NCBI GenBank assembly: GCA_003156805.1
Contig: PMHV01000006.1
Span: forward strand, 84,666 to 148,665
DNA from: Acidobacteriaceae bacterium
Lineage (GTDB): Bacteria; Acidobacteriota; Terriglobia; Terriglobales; Acidobacteriaceae
Direction of reading: 5' to 3'
DNA length: 64,000 nt
Shown here: piece after piece, positions 18,766-28,211 of the stretch
Numbering within the stretch: the first letter of the stretch is position 1
Layout of the letters: every line of letters starts with the position of its first letter
The notes under the pieces: generated by a model
Database searches by the model: none
What the model saw: the letters and a program-made list of their open reading frames with translations, nothing else
What the model was told of the DNA's origin: nothing
Made by a program: the position numbers and the translations under genes

Positions 18766-18811
18766 ATTTTAAGTACTTCGTAACACGTCATGCAGCGGAC
18801 CGTTGTCTAAG

Positions 18812-20167
18812 TTAAAACGACGGACTGAAGGCATTCGAGGTCAGATCGCCCAACAGCTTGTGCCAGGGATGTTTTTCATTCTGTTCGACCTCGGTGACCA
18901 TCTTCTTCATCTTCTCCAGCACTGGCGGCTGAGCGTCGTCATAGACGTCGCCTTGCAGCAACTTGAGAACATCCAGCCGGTAGCGCTTATCGTTGATGAA
19001 GTAAGTGAAGAGCACGTTCAAGCGGTAATAGACAGTGATGAATTCGTACCAGTTCTTCGTGCCCAGCCGCAGCGTGTTTTCGAAATTGGAGAAGCTTTCG
19101 CGCGCGAAATCGTTCTTCTCGAGCGCAGCCAGAACGTCCTTGTGGCCGAAGCGCGAGCTGTTGAGCGCGATGCTGACACCGGTAGAAAAAATCGGGTCGA
19201 CGAAGCGTCCGGCATCGCCCACCATCATCCAGCGGTCGCCGCAGAGCTGCTTCATGGCGTAGCTGTAGTCGCCTTCATCTTTGAAGGGACGGATGCGATT
19301 CGATTTGCGCAGGGTTTCCTCGATCATCGGCCGCGAGGCGACGGATTGCCAGAAGAATTTTTCGCGGTCAGCTTTCGACTTCGCGAAGTTTTTCTTCTGC
19401 GTGACCACGCCCAGGCTGGTGACCGTGTCGGAGATCGGAATCTGCCAGATCCAGGTATTGGAAATCGGCAGGAAATGAATGTAGATGTAGTCAAGATTGG
19501 TGTCGCGCTTGGCGAAGACCGTGCGGTCGTAGCCGTCGAACCACGAATGGATCGCGTACTGGTCGAACACCGTATCCTGCACCTTGATCTTGAGTTGATT
19601 GCCCAGGAAAGTGTTGCGGCCACTGGCGTCGATCACCATTTTGCAACTGACGCCCATCTCTTTGTTGTTGCGTCCCATGTTGAAGCGGACAACCGGCTCT
19701 TTGGGGCCGAAGTCAACCGACGTTACTTTCACGCCGTCGTATACCGCCGCTCCCAGCTTGTTGGCGTGCTGCAGAAGCATCAGGTCGAACTTGCCGCGGT
19801 CCACGTGATACGTGTAGGTCTTGTCGATGCCCGGCTGTATCCGCTCGTCGAAACGAATATCGACGTTGCAGTCGGCAGAAAGGCCTTCGAGATCGTGCAC
19901 GTATGGAGTCTTCTTATCGTCCGTGGTCCAGACCGCCCCAAACTTGTGGGGAAACTTCGCCGCTTCCATTTGCGGAAGAAAATCGAGATCCTTGAAAACC
20001 CGTGTGGACGAGGGAACCAGCGATTCACCCACATGCGGGCGCGGAAACAGCTCGCGCTCGAACACGACACAGCTAACGCCCGCTTTGGCCAGGTAGCAGC
20101 CCATGGACGCTCCCGCAGGTCCTCCGCCAATAATGGCAACGTCAAAATCCGGCTTTGTAATAACCAA
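18812..20167 (-). CDS. Flavin-dependent halogenase-like FAD monooxygenase (paralogue 1)
   Basis: It carries DVAIIGGGPAGAS (GxGxxG FAD motif), HVGESL, KFPHKFGAVW (Lys-x-Gly-Ala context like the catalytic Lys region of flavin halogenases), NTWIWQIP (WxWxIP signature) and FVDPIFSTGV (Fx.Px.Sx.G). It has a TTG start 6 nt after AGGAGG. Confidence 0.7.
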   Translation of the reverse strand: MVITKPDFDVAIIGGGPAGASMGCYLAKAGVSCVVFERELFPRPHVGESLVPSSTRVFKDLDFLPQMEAAKFPHKFGAVWTTDDKKTPYVHDLEGLSADCNVDIRFDERIQPGIDKTYTYHVDRGKFDLMLLQHANKLGAAVYDGVKVTSVDFGPKEPVVRFNMGRNNKEMGVSCKMVIDASGRNTFLGNQLKIKVQDTVFDQYAIHSWFDGYDRTVFAKRDTNLDYIYIHFLPISNTWIWQIPISDTVTSLGVVTQKKNFAKSKADREKFFWQSVASRPMIEETLRKSNRIRPFKDEGDYSYAMKQLCGDRWMMVGDAGRFVDPIFSTGVSIALNSSRFGHKDVLAALEKNDFARESFSNFENTLRLGTKNWYEFITVYYRLNVLFTYFINDKRYRLDVLKLLQGDVYDDAQPPVLEKMKKMVTEVEQNEKHPWHKLLGDLTSNAFSPSF

Positions 20168-20231
20168 CGCTTCCTCCTACCAAAAGTCGCTTCCCTATAA
20201 TTCATTCCATGCTGGAGCGGAATCGTGCAGT

Positions 20232-21608
20232 CTATGCGCTGACTTCGCGAAAGAGGTCTACGGTCATATCGCCCAGCAGTTTGTGCCAGGGATGTTTTTC
20301 GTTATTCTCGACCTCGGACACCATGGATTTCATCTTTTGGAGCACCGGCGGCGCGGCATCGTCGTAGACATCGCCTTGCAGCAGCTTCAAAACATCCAGA
20401 CGGTAACGAGGATCGCCGACAAAATAAGTAAAGAGCACGTTCAGCCGGTAATAGACCGAAATAAACTCATACCAGTTCTTCGTGCCCAGGCGAATCTTGT
20501 TCTCGAATTCCGAGAAGCTCTGCCGCGAGTAATCGCCCTTTTCCAGCGCTGCCAGCACGTTCTTGTGCGCGAAGCGCGAGCTATTCAGCGCGATGCTCAC
20601 TCCGGTGGAGAAAATTGGATCTACGAATCGGCCCGCATCGCCGATCATCAGCCAGCGGTCGCCGCAGACCTGTTTCATGGCGTAGCTGTAATCGCCCTCG
20701 TCTTTGAAGGCATGCATCTGATCGGCCCTTCTCAAGGCATCGCTCAAGGCTGGCCGGCTTCCCACGGCACCCCAGAAGAAAGCTTCGCGGTCTTGACGCG
20801 ACTTGGCGAAGTTCTTTTTCTGCGTGACCACGCCGATACTGGTCACGCTTCCGGTGATGGGAATCTGCCAGATCCATGTGTTGGAGATGGGCAGGAAGTG
20901 AATGAAGATAAAGTCGCGATGCTCGTCTTTCTTGGCGAAGACCTTGCGATCGTAGTTATTGAACCAGGTGTGGATCGCGTACTGATCGAACACCGGGTCT
21001 TTCACCTTGAGCTTAAGTTGGTTGCCCAGGAAGGTGTTGCGTCCGCTGGCGTCGATGACGATGCGGGCGCTCACTCCCATATCCTTGACGTTCCGTCCCA
21101 TATTGAAGTGGACCACGGGGTTTTCCGCTTCGAAGTCCACGGCGTTCACCTTCACGCCCTCGTAGACGGCTGAACCTAACTTATTAGCGTGTTGCAAAAG
21201 CATGAGATCGAACTTGCTGCGGTCCACGTGGTAGGTGTATTCGCGGTCCACTCCGTCCTGCTGACGCTCATTGAAGCGAATATCGACGTGCGATTCGGGT
21301 GCAAGCACATCCACATCCTTGAATCCACCCTGGAAGTTCATGTCATATGCGCCGCGGTCTTCCGCAGTCCAGGCAGCTCCGAACTTGTGGGGAAACTTCG
21401 CCTCTTCCATCTGGTCGAGGAAGTCGAGATCGCGAAAAACTCGCATCGCGGAAGGCACCAACGATTCGCCCACGTGCGGGCGCGGGAACAGCTCGCGCTC
21501 AAAGATCACACAGCTTACGCCTGCTTTGGCAAGGTAAGAACCCATCGATCCACCCGCAGGGCCTCCGCCAATGATGGCGACATCAAAATCCGGTTTTGTA
21601 ACTGCCAA
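20232..21608 (-). CDS. Flavin-dependent halogenase-like FAD monooxygenase (paralogue 2)
   Basis: It has the same motif set (GGGPAGGS, HVGESL, KFPHKFGAAW, NTWIWQIP, FVDPIFSTGV). It is collinear with 18812..20167 along the whole length, with most positions identical by eye. TTG start with an upstream GGAG. Confidence 0.7.
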   Translation of the reverse strand: MAVTKPDFDVAIIGGGPAGGSMGSYLAKAGVSCVIFERELFPRPHVGESLVPSAMRVFRDLDFLDQMEEAKFPHKFGAAWTAEDRGAYDMNFQGGFKDVDVLAPESHVDIRFNERQQDGVDREYTYHVDRSKFDLMLLQHANKLGSAVYEGVKVNAVDFEAENPVVHFNMGRNVKDMGVSARIVIDASGRNTFLGNQLKLKVKDPVFDQYAIHTWFNNYDRKVFAKKDEHRDFIFIHFLPISNTWIWQIPITGSVTSIGVVTQKKNFAKSRQDREAFFWGAVGSRPALSDALRRADQMHAFKDEGDYSYAMKQVCGDRWLMIGDAGRFVDPIFSTGVSIALNSSRFAHKNVLAALEKGDYSRQSFSEFENKIRLGTKNWYEFISVYYRLNVLFTYFVGDPRYRLDVLKLLQGDVYDDAAPPVLQKMKSMVSEVENNEKHPWHKLLGDMTVDLFREVSA

Positions 21609-21985
21609 GGTGCTTGCTCCTCTCGTTGAATAGATAAGCCCTAAATGACGTGCCTCGACAAACTACAGATCGTTTGGGGGGTAGACCAGCGCTGCAGTGG
21701 TTAGCTTCTATATGAACCCGAAAGTCCGTGTGTGTCAAGAGACCTTTGGCTCTACGAGGCTCCGTTGGTGGCCTAAGGACTGAAGTAATCTGGAGTCGAT
21801 TACCAATGTAACCACTCACAGGAATATCCCGTTCGCGCCTTTCCGCACGTTTCCAATATGTCCGGCACTTTCATCATGCGCACCGGTTCGTTAGCGGCAA
21901 GCGGGACGCAATGCGGGGAGGATTGCCGAACGGGAACATATCGTAACACGATATACATAGCAATTCAAGGATTTTGGACCCTGTG

Positions 21986-23200
21986 TCACCGCCAGGCAAA
22001 ATGCTGCGCGGCCATGTCCACCACGGCCCGGGAGATCGCGAGCGAGGCCGTTGCTGCGGGCGAGGGTACGTTGAGAATATGAAGCATCCTGCCCGAGGGC
22101 ACAAAATGGAAGTCATCCACCAGCGTGCCGTCGCGCTTCACCGCCTGGGCTCGAACACCCGAGCCTCCGGGAACCAAGTCGTTCTCGCGCACGTCCGGAA
22201 CCAGACGCTGCAAGGCACGCACAAAAGCGCTCTTGGAAAACGAACGGTGGAATTCGCCAACGCCGCTGCGCCAGTGCTTTGCCGCCATGCGCCAGAAACC
22301 GGGAAAGGCCAGCGACGCGCCCAGGTCGCGCAAGCTGAAATCGCTTCGCCGGTAGCCTTCGCGACGAAAAGCCAGAACGGCGTTGGGACCGGCATCAACG
22401 CTTTCACTGATGCGGCGCGTGAAATGGACGCCAAGAAAGGGAAAGTCCGGATCAGGCACGGGATAAATCAGCGCCCGCACCAGCGAAGAACTTTCTGGCG
22501 CAAGGTTGTAGTACTCGCCGCGAAAGGGAACGATGACGGTCTCGGACATTTCGCCGCCCATGCGGCTGATGCGGTCGCTGAACAGACCGGCGCAGTTGAT
22601 GAGATGAGCGGCGAAAAACGCTCCGCGATACGTCTCGATTGCAATTTCATCCGTGCCCCGGCGAAGGTTTGTCACGGCCGAAGAGGTCAGAATCGTTCCT
22701 CCCCCCGATTCGATCAACTCCGCATACTTCCCGCAAACCGTGGCGTAATCCGTAATTCCGGTTGAAGGAACCACCAGCGCACGCAATCCCCTAGCATGCG
22801 GTTCGATCTGGCGCAGTTCTTCGGGGCCAATCAAGCGCAGGCCGGAAAGTCCATTGGCTTCGCCGCGCCGCAGCAATTCTTCCAGCCGCGGAAGTTCGTC
22901 TTCCTGCGTGGCAACAATGACCTTGCCGCAAACCTTGTGAGGAATGCCATGCTCATGGCAAAACTCGACCATGGCCCGCGCGCCTTCGACGCACAGCTTC
23001 GCCTTCAACGAGCCGGGCTTGTAATAAACGCCGGAATGAATCACGCCACTGTTGTGTCCGCTTTGATGCCGGCCCACACCCGCTTCCTTCTCCAATACCA
23101 GCAGGCGCAGCCGCGGCAACCGCCGCGTGATCTCAAGGGCCACGGCGAGGCCGACAATACCACCACCCACGATGATGACGTTGTAACGGTTTTCGATCAT
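21986..23200 (-). CDS. lhgO: L-2-hydroxyglutarate oxidase/dehydrogenase (FAD-dependent)
   Basis: MIENRYNVIIVGGGIVGLAVA…LLVLEKE…HQSGHNSGVIHSGVYYKPGSLKA is the characteristic LhgO/YgaF N-terminus. I set the start at the internal Met (23200). The 56-aa upstream extension is low-quality sequence and would overlap the neighbouring gene. Confidence 0.85.
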   Translation of the reverse strand: MIENRYNVIIVGGGIVGLAVALEITRRLPRLRLLVLEKEAGVGRHQSGHNSGVIHSGVYYKPGSLKAKLCVEGARAMVEFCHEHGIPHKVCGKVIVATQEDELPRLEELLRRGEANGLSGLRLIGPEELRQIEPHARGLRALVVPSTGITDYATVCGKYAELIESGGGTILTSSAVTNLRRGTDEIAIETYRGAFFAAHLINCAGLFSDRISRMGGEMSETVIVPFRGEYYNLAPESSSLVRALIYPVPDPDFPFLGVHFTRRISESVDAGPNAVLAFRREGYRRSDFSLRDLGASLAFPGFWRMAAKHWRSGVGEFHRSFSKSAFVRALQRLVPDVRENDLVPGGSGVRAQAVKRDGTLVDDFHFVPSGRMLHILNVPSPAATASLAISRAVVDMAAQHFAWR

Positions 23201-23336
23201 TGTATATACAGCACGTGTATACAGAACGTGTGCATGCAGAACGGAGACAGGCGCGACGGCAGACGGCCCGGTTGCGTAGGATTCGTTTTTCGCGAAGCGA
23301 GTCCGCTCTGCAAATGCTTGCCGCTCCGCCCGCAGC

Positions 23337-26300
23337 TTATTGTATGGTGAGCGTAACCGAGGAACCATCCTTTTGGCTGCTGCTGGGCGGCGTCCCGGTC
23401 ACGGTGATGGTGTAGGTGCCCGGAATTGTGCCTTGCTGTCCATTGCTGGCAAGGCTGCTACCGCCGTTGCTGCCGCTGCCGCACGAGGGCAAGAAGAACA
23501 CGAGTATAAGAGTGAACGCCAATCCCAGCAGCGTGGCTGGACTGCAGCGGCGTCTGCGTCCTGTGCCCCAAACTACGATTCCCGGCAGCACCAGCCAAGC
23601 TGCGTAGCGCCACGAACTGCTTTTCCCGCGCGGATGGTTCAGTTGCATGCTTATGGTCTGCGTTGCAACCGTCATGACCACGGAAGCTGCTGTGGAATCG
23701 GTGAGCGGCCCCGCCGGGTTTGGAGAAAAGGTGCATGACCCCGCGAAGAGAGGGGTGACGGTGCAGGTTAGCGTAACCGCGTTGCTGTATGCCGCGCCCA
23801 CCGGCATCACGCTGAAGTTATAAGGGAGGGCTGTCTGCCCGGCGGCAATGGTCTGCGTGGTTGGCGAGAAATTGCCGATGGAGTAATCCTGGCCAATCGT
23901 GAGCGGAATCGAGAGGCTGTGGCTGGGTGCTCCCGATGTGTCCTGCGTATTTACGACGACGGCGTATAAGCCGGGCACCGCGTTGGTGGGCACGTTGACC
24001 GATGCGACCAGAGACGCGCTCGTACCCGCAGTTACCTTCACCGGGTTCGGCGTGATTGAGCATTGCCCCGCGAGTGCGCCCGTGTTGCACGTGGCGTTGA
24101 TTGTGCCGTTGTAGAAGGTGGAGGGCGTGATGGCGAGATTCGCCGTGCCCTGCCCGTTCGGCGGCAAGCTCAGCGATTGTGAACCGGAAAGCGAAAGCTG
24201 GTAATCGGCGACGTTGAAGAGAATCGGCTGCGGCAGCTCTTGGGTTAGGGCGCCGGACGTCCCCTGTACCGAAAGTTGATCGCAGCCGGCGGTAAGACTG
24301 GTTGCATTCACCACGACATTGGCGGTTGCGGGGAACGAACTCACCATGCTAGGACTCACGCTGCAACTGCCGCTTCCCATGGCCACCGGGCACGTCAGAC
24401 TGGCCGTTGTGAGCGAGCAAGTCAGACTGACCGCGGCGTTAAAGCCATCCTGCGATGCAATGCCGATGGCGCTTCCCGTGCCGGTGCTGCCCGCGTTCAC
24501 GACGGGGAAGGAAGTTGGCGGGCTGAGGATGAAATCGGGGTTGAGCGTGACGATCGCACTAAAAAACGCTTTCGCCGGAACGGGCGCACCGCTCGTGGTT
24601 GCTTGCAGCGTTACCGTGTAAGTTCCGATGGGCGTCGCGAGCGGGACGTAAACGGTTGCGGTCACGGGGACCGGCGAGGTCGATGTAGGATTCACCGTGA
24701 CCTGCGGCGTCGGGGATGCTCCATCAACGCTGAAGTTGCAATTTGCGCCGGCGATGGGCGGGCTGAAGCTGCAGGAAACTGTGACACTCTGGTCGAACGA
24801 GCCTTGCGCGTTGGCCTCAAAAGTCACGGCGGAAGAAGTTGTGCCGCGAGGAATGGTCACGGTGACCGGCGCAGGAGTGGTCAGCCCGAAGTTGACCACG
24901 TACAGCGTGAGGCTGACTTGTTCCGTGGTGTTGTTCGGGTCGGAGCCAACGCCTTGCAGAGTGAAGTAATAATCGCCGAGCACGCTGCCGGTCGAAAGCG
25001 TGAACGGCGTTCCGTTGGCAGAGGGAGTGGGACTCACCGGGTTGGGAGTGCACGGACTGGGAGGATTGCTTGCACCCGGTATGCACGTCAGCTCAACCGA
25101 ATTGTTGTAGCCGTCCACTGAGGTAAGCGTGCCGTTGAAGGTAACGGGCTGCCCAACGAATACGGTCTGGGTCGGGTTCGAAACCGCCATCTCAAAGCCG
25201 GGCACAAGATTAGCCTGCCAAACACCGCGTCCATACGTGGAAGCGCGCAGCAATTTCTGGCCGTTGTAGCTAAACAACGCGAGGGCCGTGACGGCCACAT
25301 TGGGCAGAACCCCAGTTTCTCCTGCGACCGGGCCAACCTCGCCCCAGGCCGCGCTGCCCGCAGCCGTACTGCTCTGGAATACTCCGACATCGGTGCCCAC
25401 GTACACGATATGCGCGACCGGGTCCACTACAACCGCGTTCACGGGCGAATCGGGAAGCGGCGCGGTGCCTCCAAAGTCCGACCAGTCCGTCCAACTGGCT
25501 CCGGCATTTGTGGTTTGCCAAACATGCCCTGGGCCGCCGCTGGCTCCCATTCCGCTGGCCCCCATCCCGGTGAATCCCATTACTGTGACGTAAGCTGTGT
25601 TGCCGGTTGAGTCCGAGGTGTCGATGGCCACGCTGGAAATCGGAAACTGGTTGGGATTTATGGTTCCATTCGGCCCGTTGTTGGTCGTGTTGACGAAAGT
25701 CGAGGCACTGCCGGTGACCGGCGTAGCGTCGGTGCTAACCCAGACATTGCCGCCGCTGGGCGAAGTTCCGGGCCCATCGAGCGGACCAAGCCCGTCCGTG
25801 GCCGCGTAGACCACTTCCGAACCGCTTGCGTTGGTTGCTCCGCCGGCGGCGAGCGCGCGCACCAGATTGATCTCGCTGCCCGTGCAAGCGCCAGTTCCGA
25901 GCGTATCGAAATTCATGCTAAGCACGTTGTAAGTGCCGCCCAGCCGCGGCCCCTGCCACACGCGGCAGGTCCCGACCAGCAGCGTGGTAGTGGATTGCGG
26001 GTCGAGAATATAGGGAAAATAAAATGCTCCGTCGTCGCCGCCGAGGTCGCCGCTGCCCACTACCTGGGTGAAGGTGCTGTCGTTGCAATTGATTCCTGAC
26101 GAGCATTGCTGAATATCAAGACCGTCGGGCGGAACGTCTGGATTCGAGGCAAACCAACTGGAAGTGGCGTTAGGATCGATGGCGTTGTAACTACCGTCTC
26201 CGCCCAGAACATTTCCCCAACTCGAGCTGGTGGTTGCAGTTGTGGTTGCGGGTGAGCCGTTACCCTGCACACCGCCGAGCAACGTATTCGCGTCGGTGGG

Positions 26301-28016
26301 ATGCTGCGAGAAGCTGACGAACTGCGTCATCGAGCCCAGGTTCTGATTCAGATCGTCGAATTGATTTGTGCCGGAGCACGATCCAGTCGCGAGACCGGTA
26401 AATTCGTTCAGCGCGCGGTAGATGCCGCCATCATTCGCGAAAAACATCAGACCTGCGCCCACATCCGAGCCAGACGTCGGAATCGTGTAAGCCAGTGCGT
26501 GCTGATCCGGATGTACGTGAGCCAGCGCGGAGAGCGGGTCGCATCCATAAGCGTGCGTTAGATTCAGGAAGGGAACATTGGAGCACGTCAGGTTGGCCGT
26601 GGTGATCGAGCACTTGTAGAGATTGCTCGCGCCGGCATAAAGATCTGTTGCAGAAGCGTTGGGAACCGCCAGAAGTTCCAAGTTGTAGAATCCCTGATCC
26701 ACGCCGCAACCGCTAACATCGCCGCAATTGGTGACGCCGCTTTCGCTGATCTGCGTCCATGAAGCTCCGCCGTTCATGCTTTGCCATATCCCCTGGTCTG
26801 TGGGAGCGCCGGTGGAGGGATCGGCGGAAACATACCACGCGTACATCTCGTTGCGTCCCGGGACTACCGTGATTTCGCCGCGATAAATCGGGCAGGCTTC
26901 GCTGTTGGAGGTCGAGAGCGGCGGGCACGCCGTGGCGCTCAGCACCGCGCCGCCGGGCTGGCTGGCCAGCCGCGTCCAGTTCACGCCGTCCGGGGAAGAA
27001 TAGAAGCCGTGATAACGCACGGCCGCGAAGAACAGGCCAGTCCCCGAGTTGGCGGCCGCGTTGTAAACCACGGCGGTCGCAGAAGTCGCATCGGTTGCGC
27101 CGCCGGGGTCGACGAGCGCGTCGTAGTTCCAGGTTTGTCCGGCATCGATAGAAGTGTAGAGGCCGCGCGTGGTATTCGCCGTCACGGCGCCGTCGGTCAC
27201 TCCTTCCGACGAGGTGGCCATCGCGGCGACGACTACATTGGTCTGATTCGCGCTGAAGGCCATGCGAGTTCCGCCGAGGCCGGCGAACGAGAGCGCGCCG
27301 CTGTTCGCAGTCAACGTCAGATTCCATGTGCTTCCGCTATCGATCGAACGCAAAATGCCCAGGCCGAAATACGAATCCGCGGAGTTGTCGGCTTCGCCCG
27401 TGGCCACGAGAATTACGCTCTGCGCGGGATTCGTATTCCCCGGCTGGATCGCAATGGCGCCAACCGAGAGCGTGGCTTGGCTGTCGGTGAGCGGAGTCCA
27501 GGTCACGTTGTTGGCGACGCCGTTGACGGCGTTGGTGGATTTCCACACTCCGCCTTGCGCTCCGCCGATGTAGACCGTGTTGCCGCTGGGGTCTGCGGGG
27601 TCGATGGCGACCGCGGTCGCGCGTCCGGAAACCTGGCCGTAATCCTGAAAGCCGGTGCCTGTGGCGTCGGAAGCCAGCGGCACCGGGCCGAGCGGAGTCC
27701 ATGTAGCCGAGGACGCCGGCGTCTGGGTGTTGGCCTGTGCCGCCGCCGCTTTGTCGCGCATCGTTCGCGCGGCGCGCATCTGCATTTTGGCCAGATAAGC
27801 CCGTCGTCGAAGTTCCGCGGATGATTTTCCTGGAATTGTGCGGCCATGCAGAAACCACTTAGACCGCTGTTGCACGTGGTCGGCATCCGCATCGGCGACA
27901 GGAATTTCAGGAGCAACCGGTTTTGCGCCTTGTGCACACGCGACAGAAGCTGCCCCCCAGCAACTCAGCGCGAAACAACACACGCGTACGAAAACACAGA
28001 AGCGGCGGCTGGACAT
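23337..28016 (-). CDS. Giant secreted BNR/Asp-box beta-propeller protein with many Ig-like domains and hydrophobic C-terminal segments
   Basis: I chose the start at MSSRRFCVFVRVCCFALSCWGAASVACAQ (signal peptide). Asp-box motifs are SIDSGSTW, SIDAGQTW, SPDGVNW, SMNGGASW and TTNAGASW. The C-terminal half is made of Ig-like modules. Two hydrophobic segments lie near the C-terminus. Confidence 0.7.
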   Translation of the reverse strand: MSSRRFCVFVRVCCFALSCWGAASVACAQGAKPVAPEIPVADADADHVQQRSKWFLHGRTIPGKSSAELRRRAYLAKMQMRAARTMRDKAAAAQANTQTPASSATWTPLGPVPLASDATGTGFQDYGQVSGRATAVAIDPADPSGNTVYIGGAQGGVWKSTNAVNGVANNVTWTPLTDSQATLSVGAIAIQPGNTNPAQSVILVATGEADNSADSYFGLGILRSIDSGSTWNLTLTANSGALSFAGLGGTRMAFSANQTNVVVAAMATSSEGVTDGAVTANTTRGLYTSIDAGQTWNYDALVDPGGATDATSATAVVYNAAANSGTGLFFAAVRYHGFYSSPDGVNWTRLASQPGGAVLSATACPPLSTSNSEACPIYRGEITVVPGRNEMYAWYVSADPSTGAPTDQGIWQSMNGGASWTQISESGVTNCGDVSGCGVDQGFYNLELLAVPNASATDLYAGASNLYKCSITTANLTCSNVPFLNLTHAYGCDPLSALAHVHPDQHALAYTIPTSGSDVGAGLMFFANDGGIYRALNEFTGLATGSCSGTNQFDDLNQNLGSMTQFVSFSQHPTDANTLLGGVQGNGSPATTTATTSSSWGNVLGGDGSYNAIDPNATSSWFASNPDVPPDGLDIQQCSSGINCNDSTFTQVVGSGDLGGDDGAFYFPYILDPQSTTTLLVGTCRVWQGPRLGGTYNVLSMNFDTLGTGACTGSEINLVRALAAGGATNASGSEVVYAATDGLGPLDGPGTSPSGGNVWVSTDATPVTGSASTFVNTTNNGPNGTINPNQFPISSVAIDTSDSTGNTAYVTVMGFTGMGASGMGASGGPGHVWQTTNAGASWTDWSDFGGTAPLPDSPVNAVVVDPVAHIVYVGTDVGVFQSSTAAGSAAWGEVGPVAGETGVLPNVAVTALALFSYNGQKLLRASTYGRGVWQANLVPGFEMAVSNPTQTVFVGQPVTFNGTLTSVDGYNNSVELTCIPGASNPPSPCTPNPVSPTPSANGTPFTLSTGSVLGDYYFTLQGVGSDPNNTTEQVSLTLYVVNFGLTTPAPVTVTIPRGTTSSAVTFEANAQGSFDQSVTVSCSFSPPIAGANCNFSVDGASPTPQVTVNPTSTSPVPVTATVYVPLATPIGTYTVTLQATTSGAPVPAKAFFSAIVTLNPDFILSPPTSFPVVNAGSTGTGSAIGIASQDGFNAAVSLTCSLTTASLTCPVAMGSGSCSVSPSMVSSFPATANVVVNATSLTAGCDQLSVQGTSGALTQELPQPILFNVADYQLSLSGSQSLSLPPNGQGTANLAITPSTFYNGTINATCNTGALAGQCSITPNPVKVTAGTSASLVASVNVPTNAVPGLYAVVVNTQDTSGAPSHSLSIPLTIGQDYSIGNFSPTTQTIAAGQTALPYNFSVMPVGAAYSNAVTLTCTVTPLFAGSCTFSPNPAGPLTDSTAASVVMTVATQTISMQLNHPRGKSSSWRYAAWLVLPGIVVWGTGRRRRCSPATLLGLAFTLILVFFLPSCGSGSNGGSSLASNGQQGTIPGTYTITVTGTPPSSSQKDGSSVTLTIQ

Positions 28017-28211
28017 GTGAACCTGGCTGTGAGCCAGTATCGAAAGTGGCGGAATCAACGTCAACGCAAAAGCGACAGAATGGCCTATGCATTTACCACT
28101 TCGGGAAAAACCGCGGGACCCGTCGGCTCGGCGTCGGCGCGAGTCTAGGCTTGTTACAATCTCTTTTCGGCTCGCGAAGGCAGCAGGGCCGATCTGCACA
28201 GGTGCGTCAGC

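Noticed and set aside
18803-21173. Long plus-strand ORFs (465 aa and 356 aa) opposite the two halogenase-like genes
   Set aside because: They are antisense shadows. The minus-strand products carry complete FAD/halogenase motif sets, while the plus-strand products have no motifs and a skewed composition.
23201-23368. 56-codon N-terminal extension of lhgO
   Set aside because: LhgO-type proteins start just before the GxGxxG motif. The extension has no features and would overlap the 3' end of the BNR gene.
28017-28211. Possible Moco riboswitch in front of modA
   Set aside because: I could not recognise the conserved Moco-motif helices or loops by eye. The region is also the divergent promoter of the BNR gene. 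It needs a covariance-model scan before any claim.
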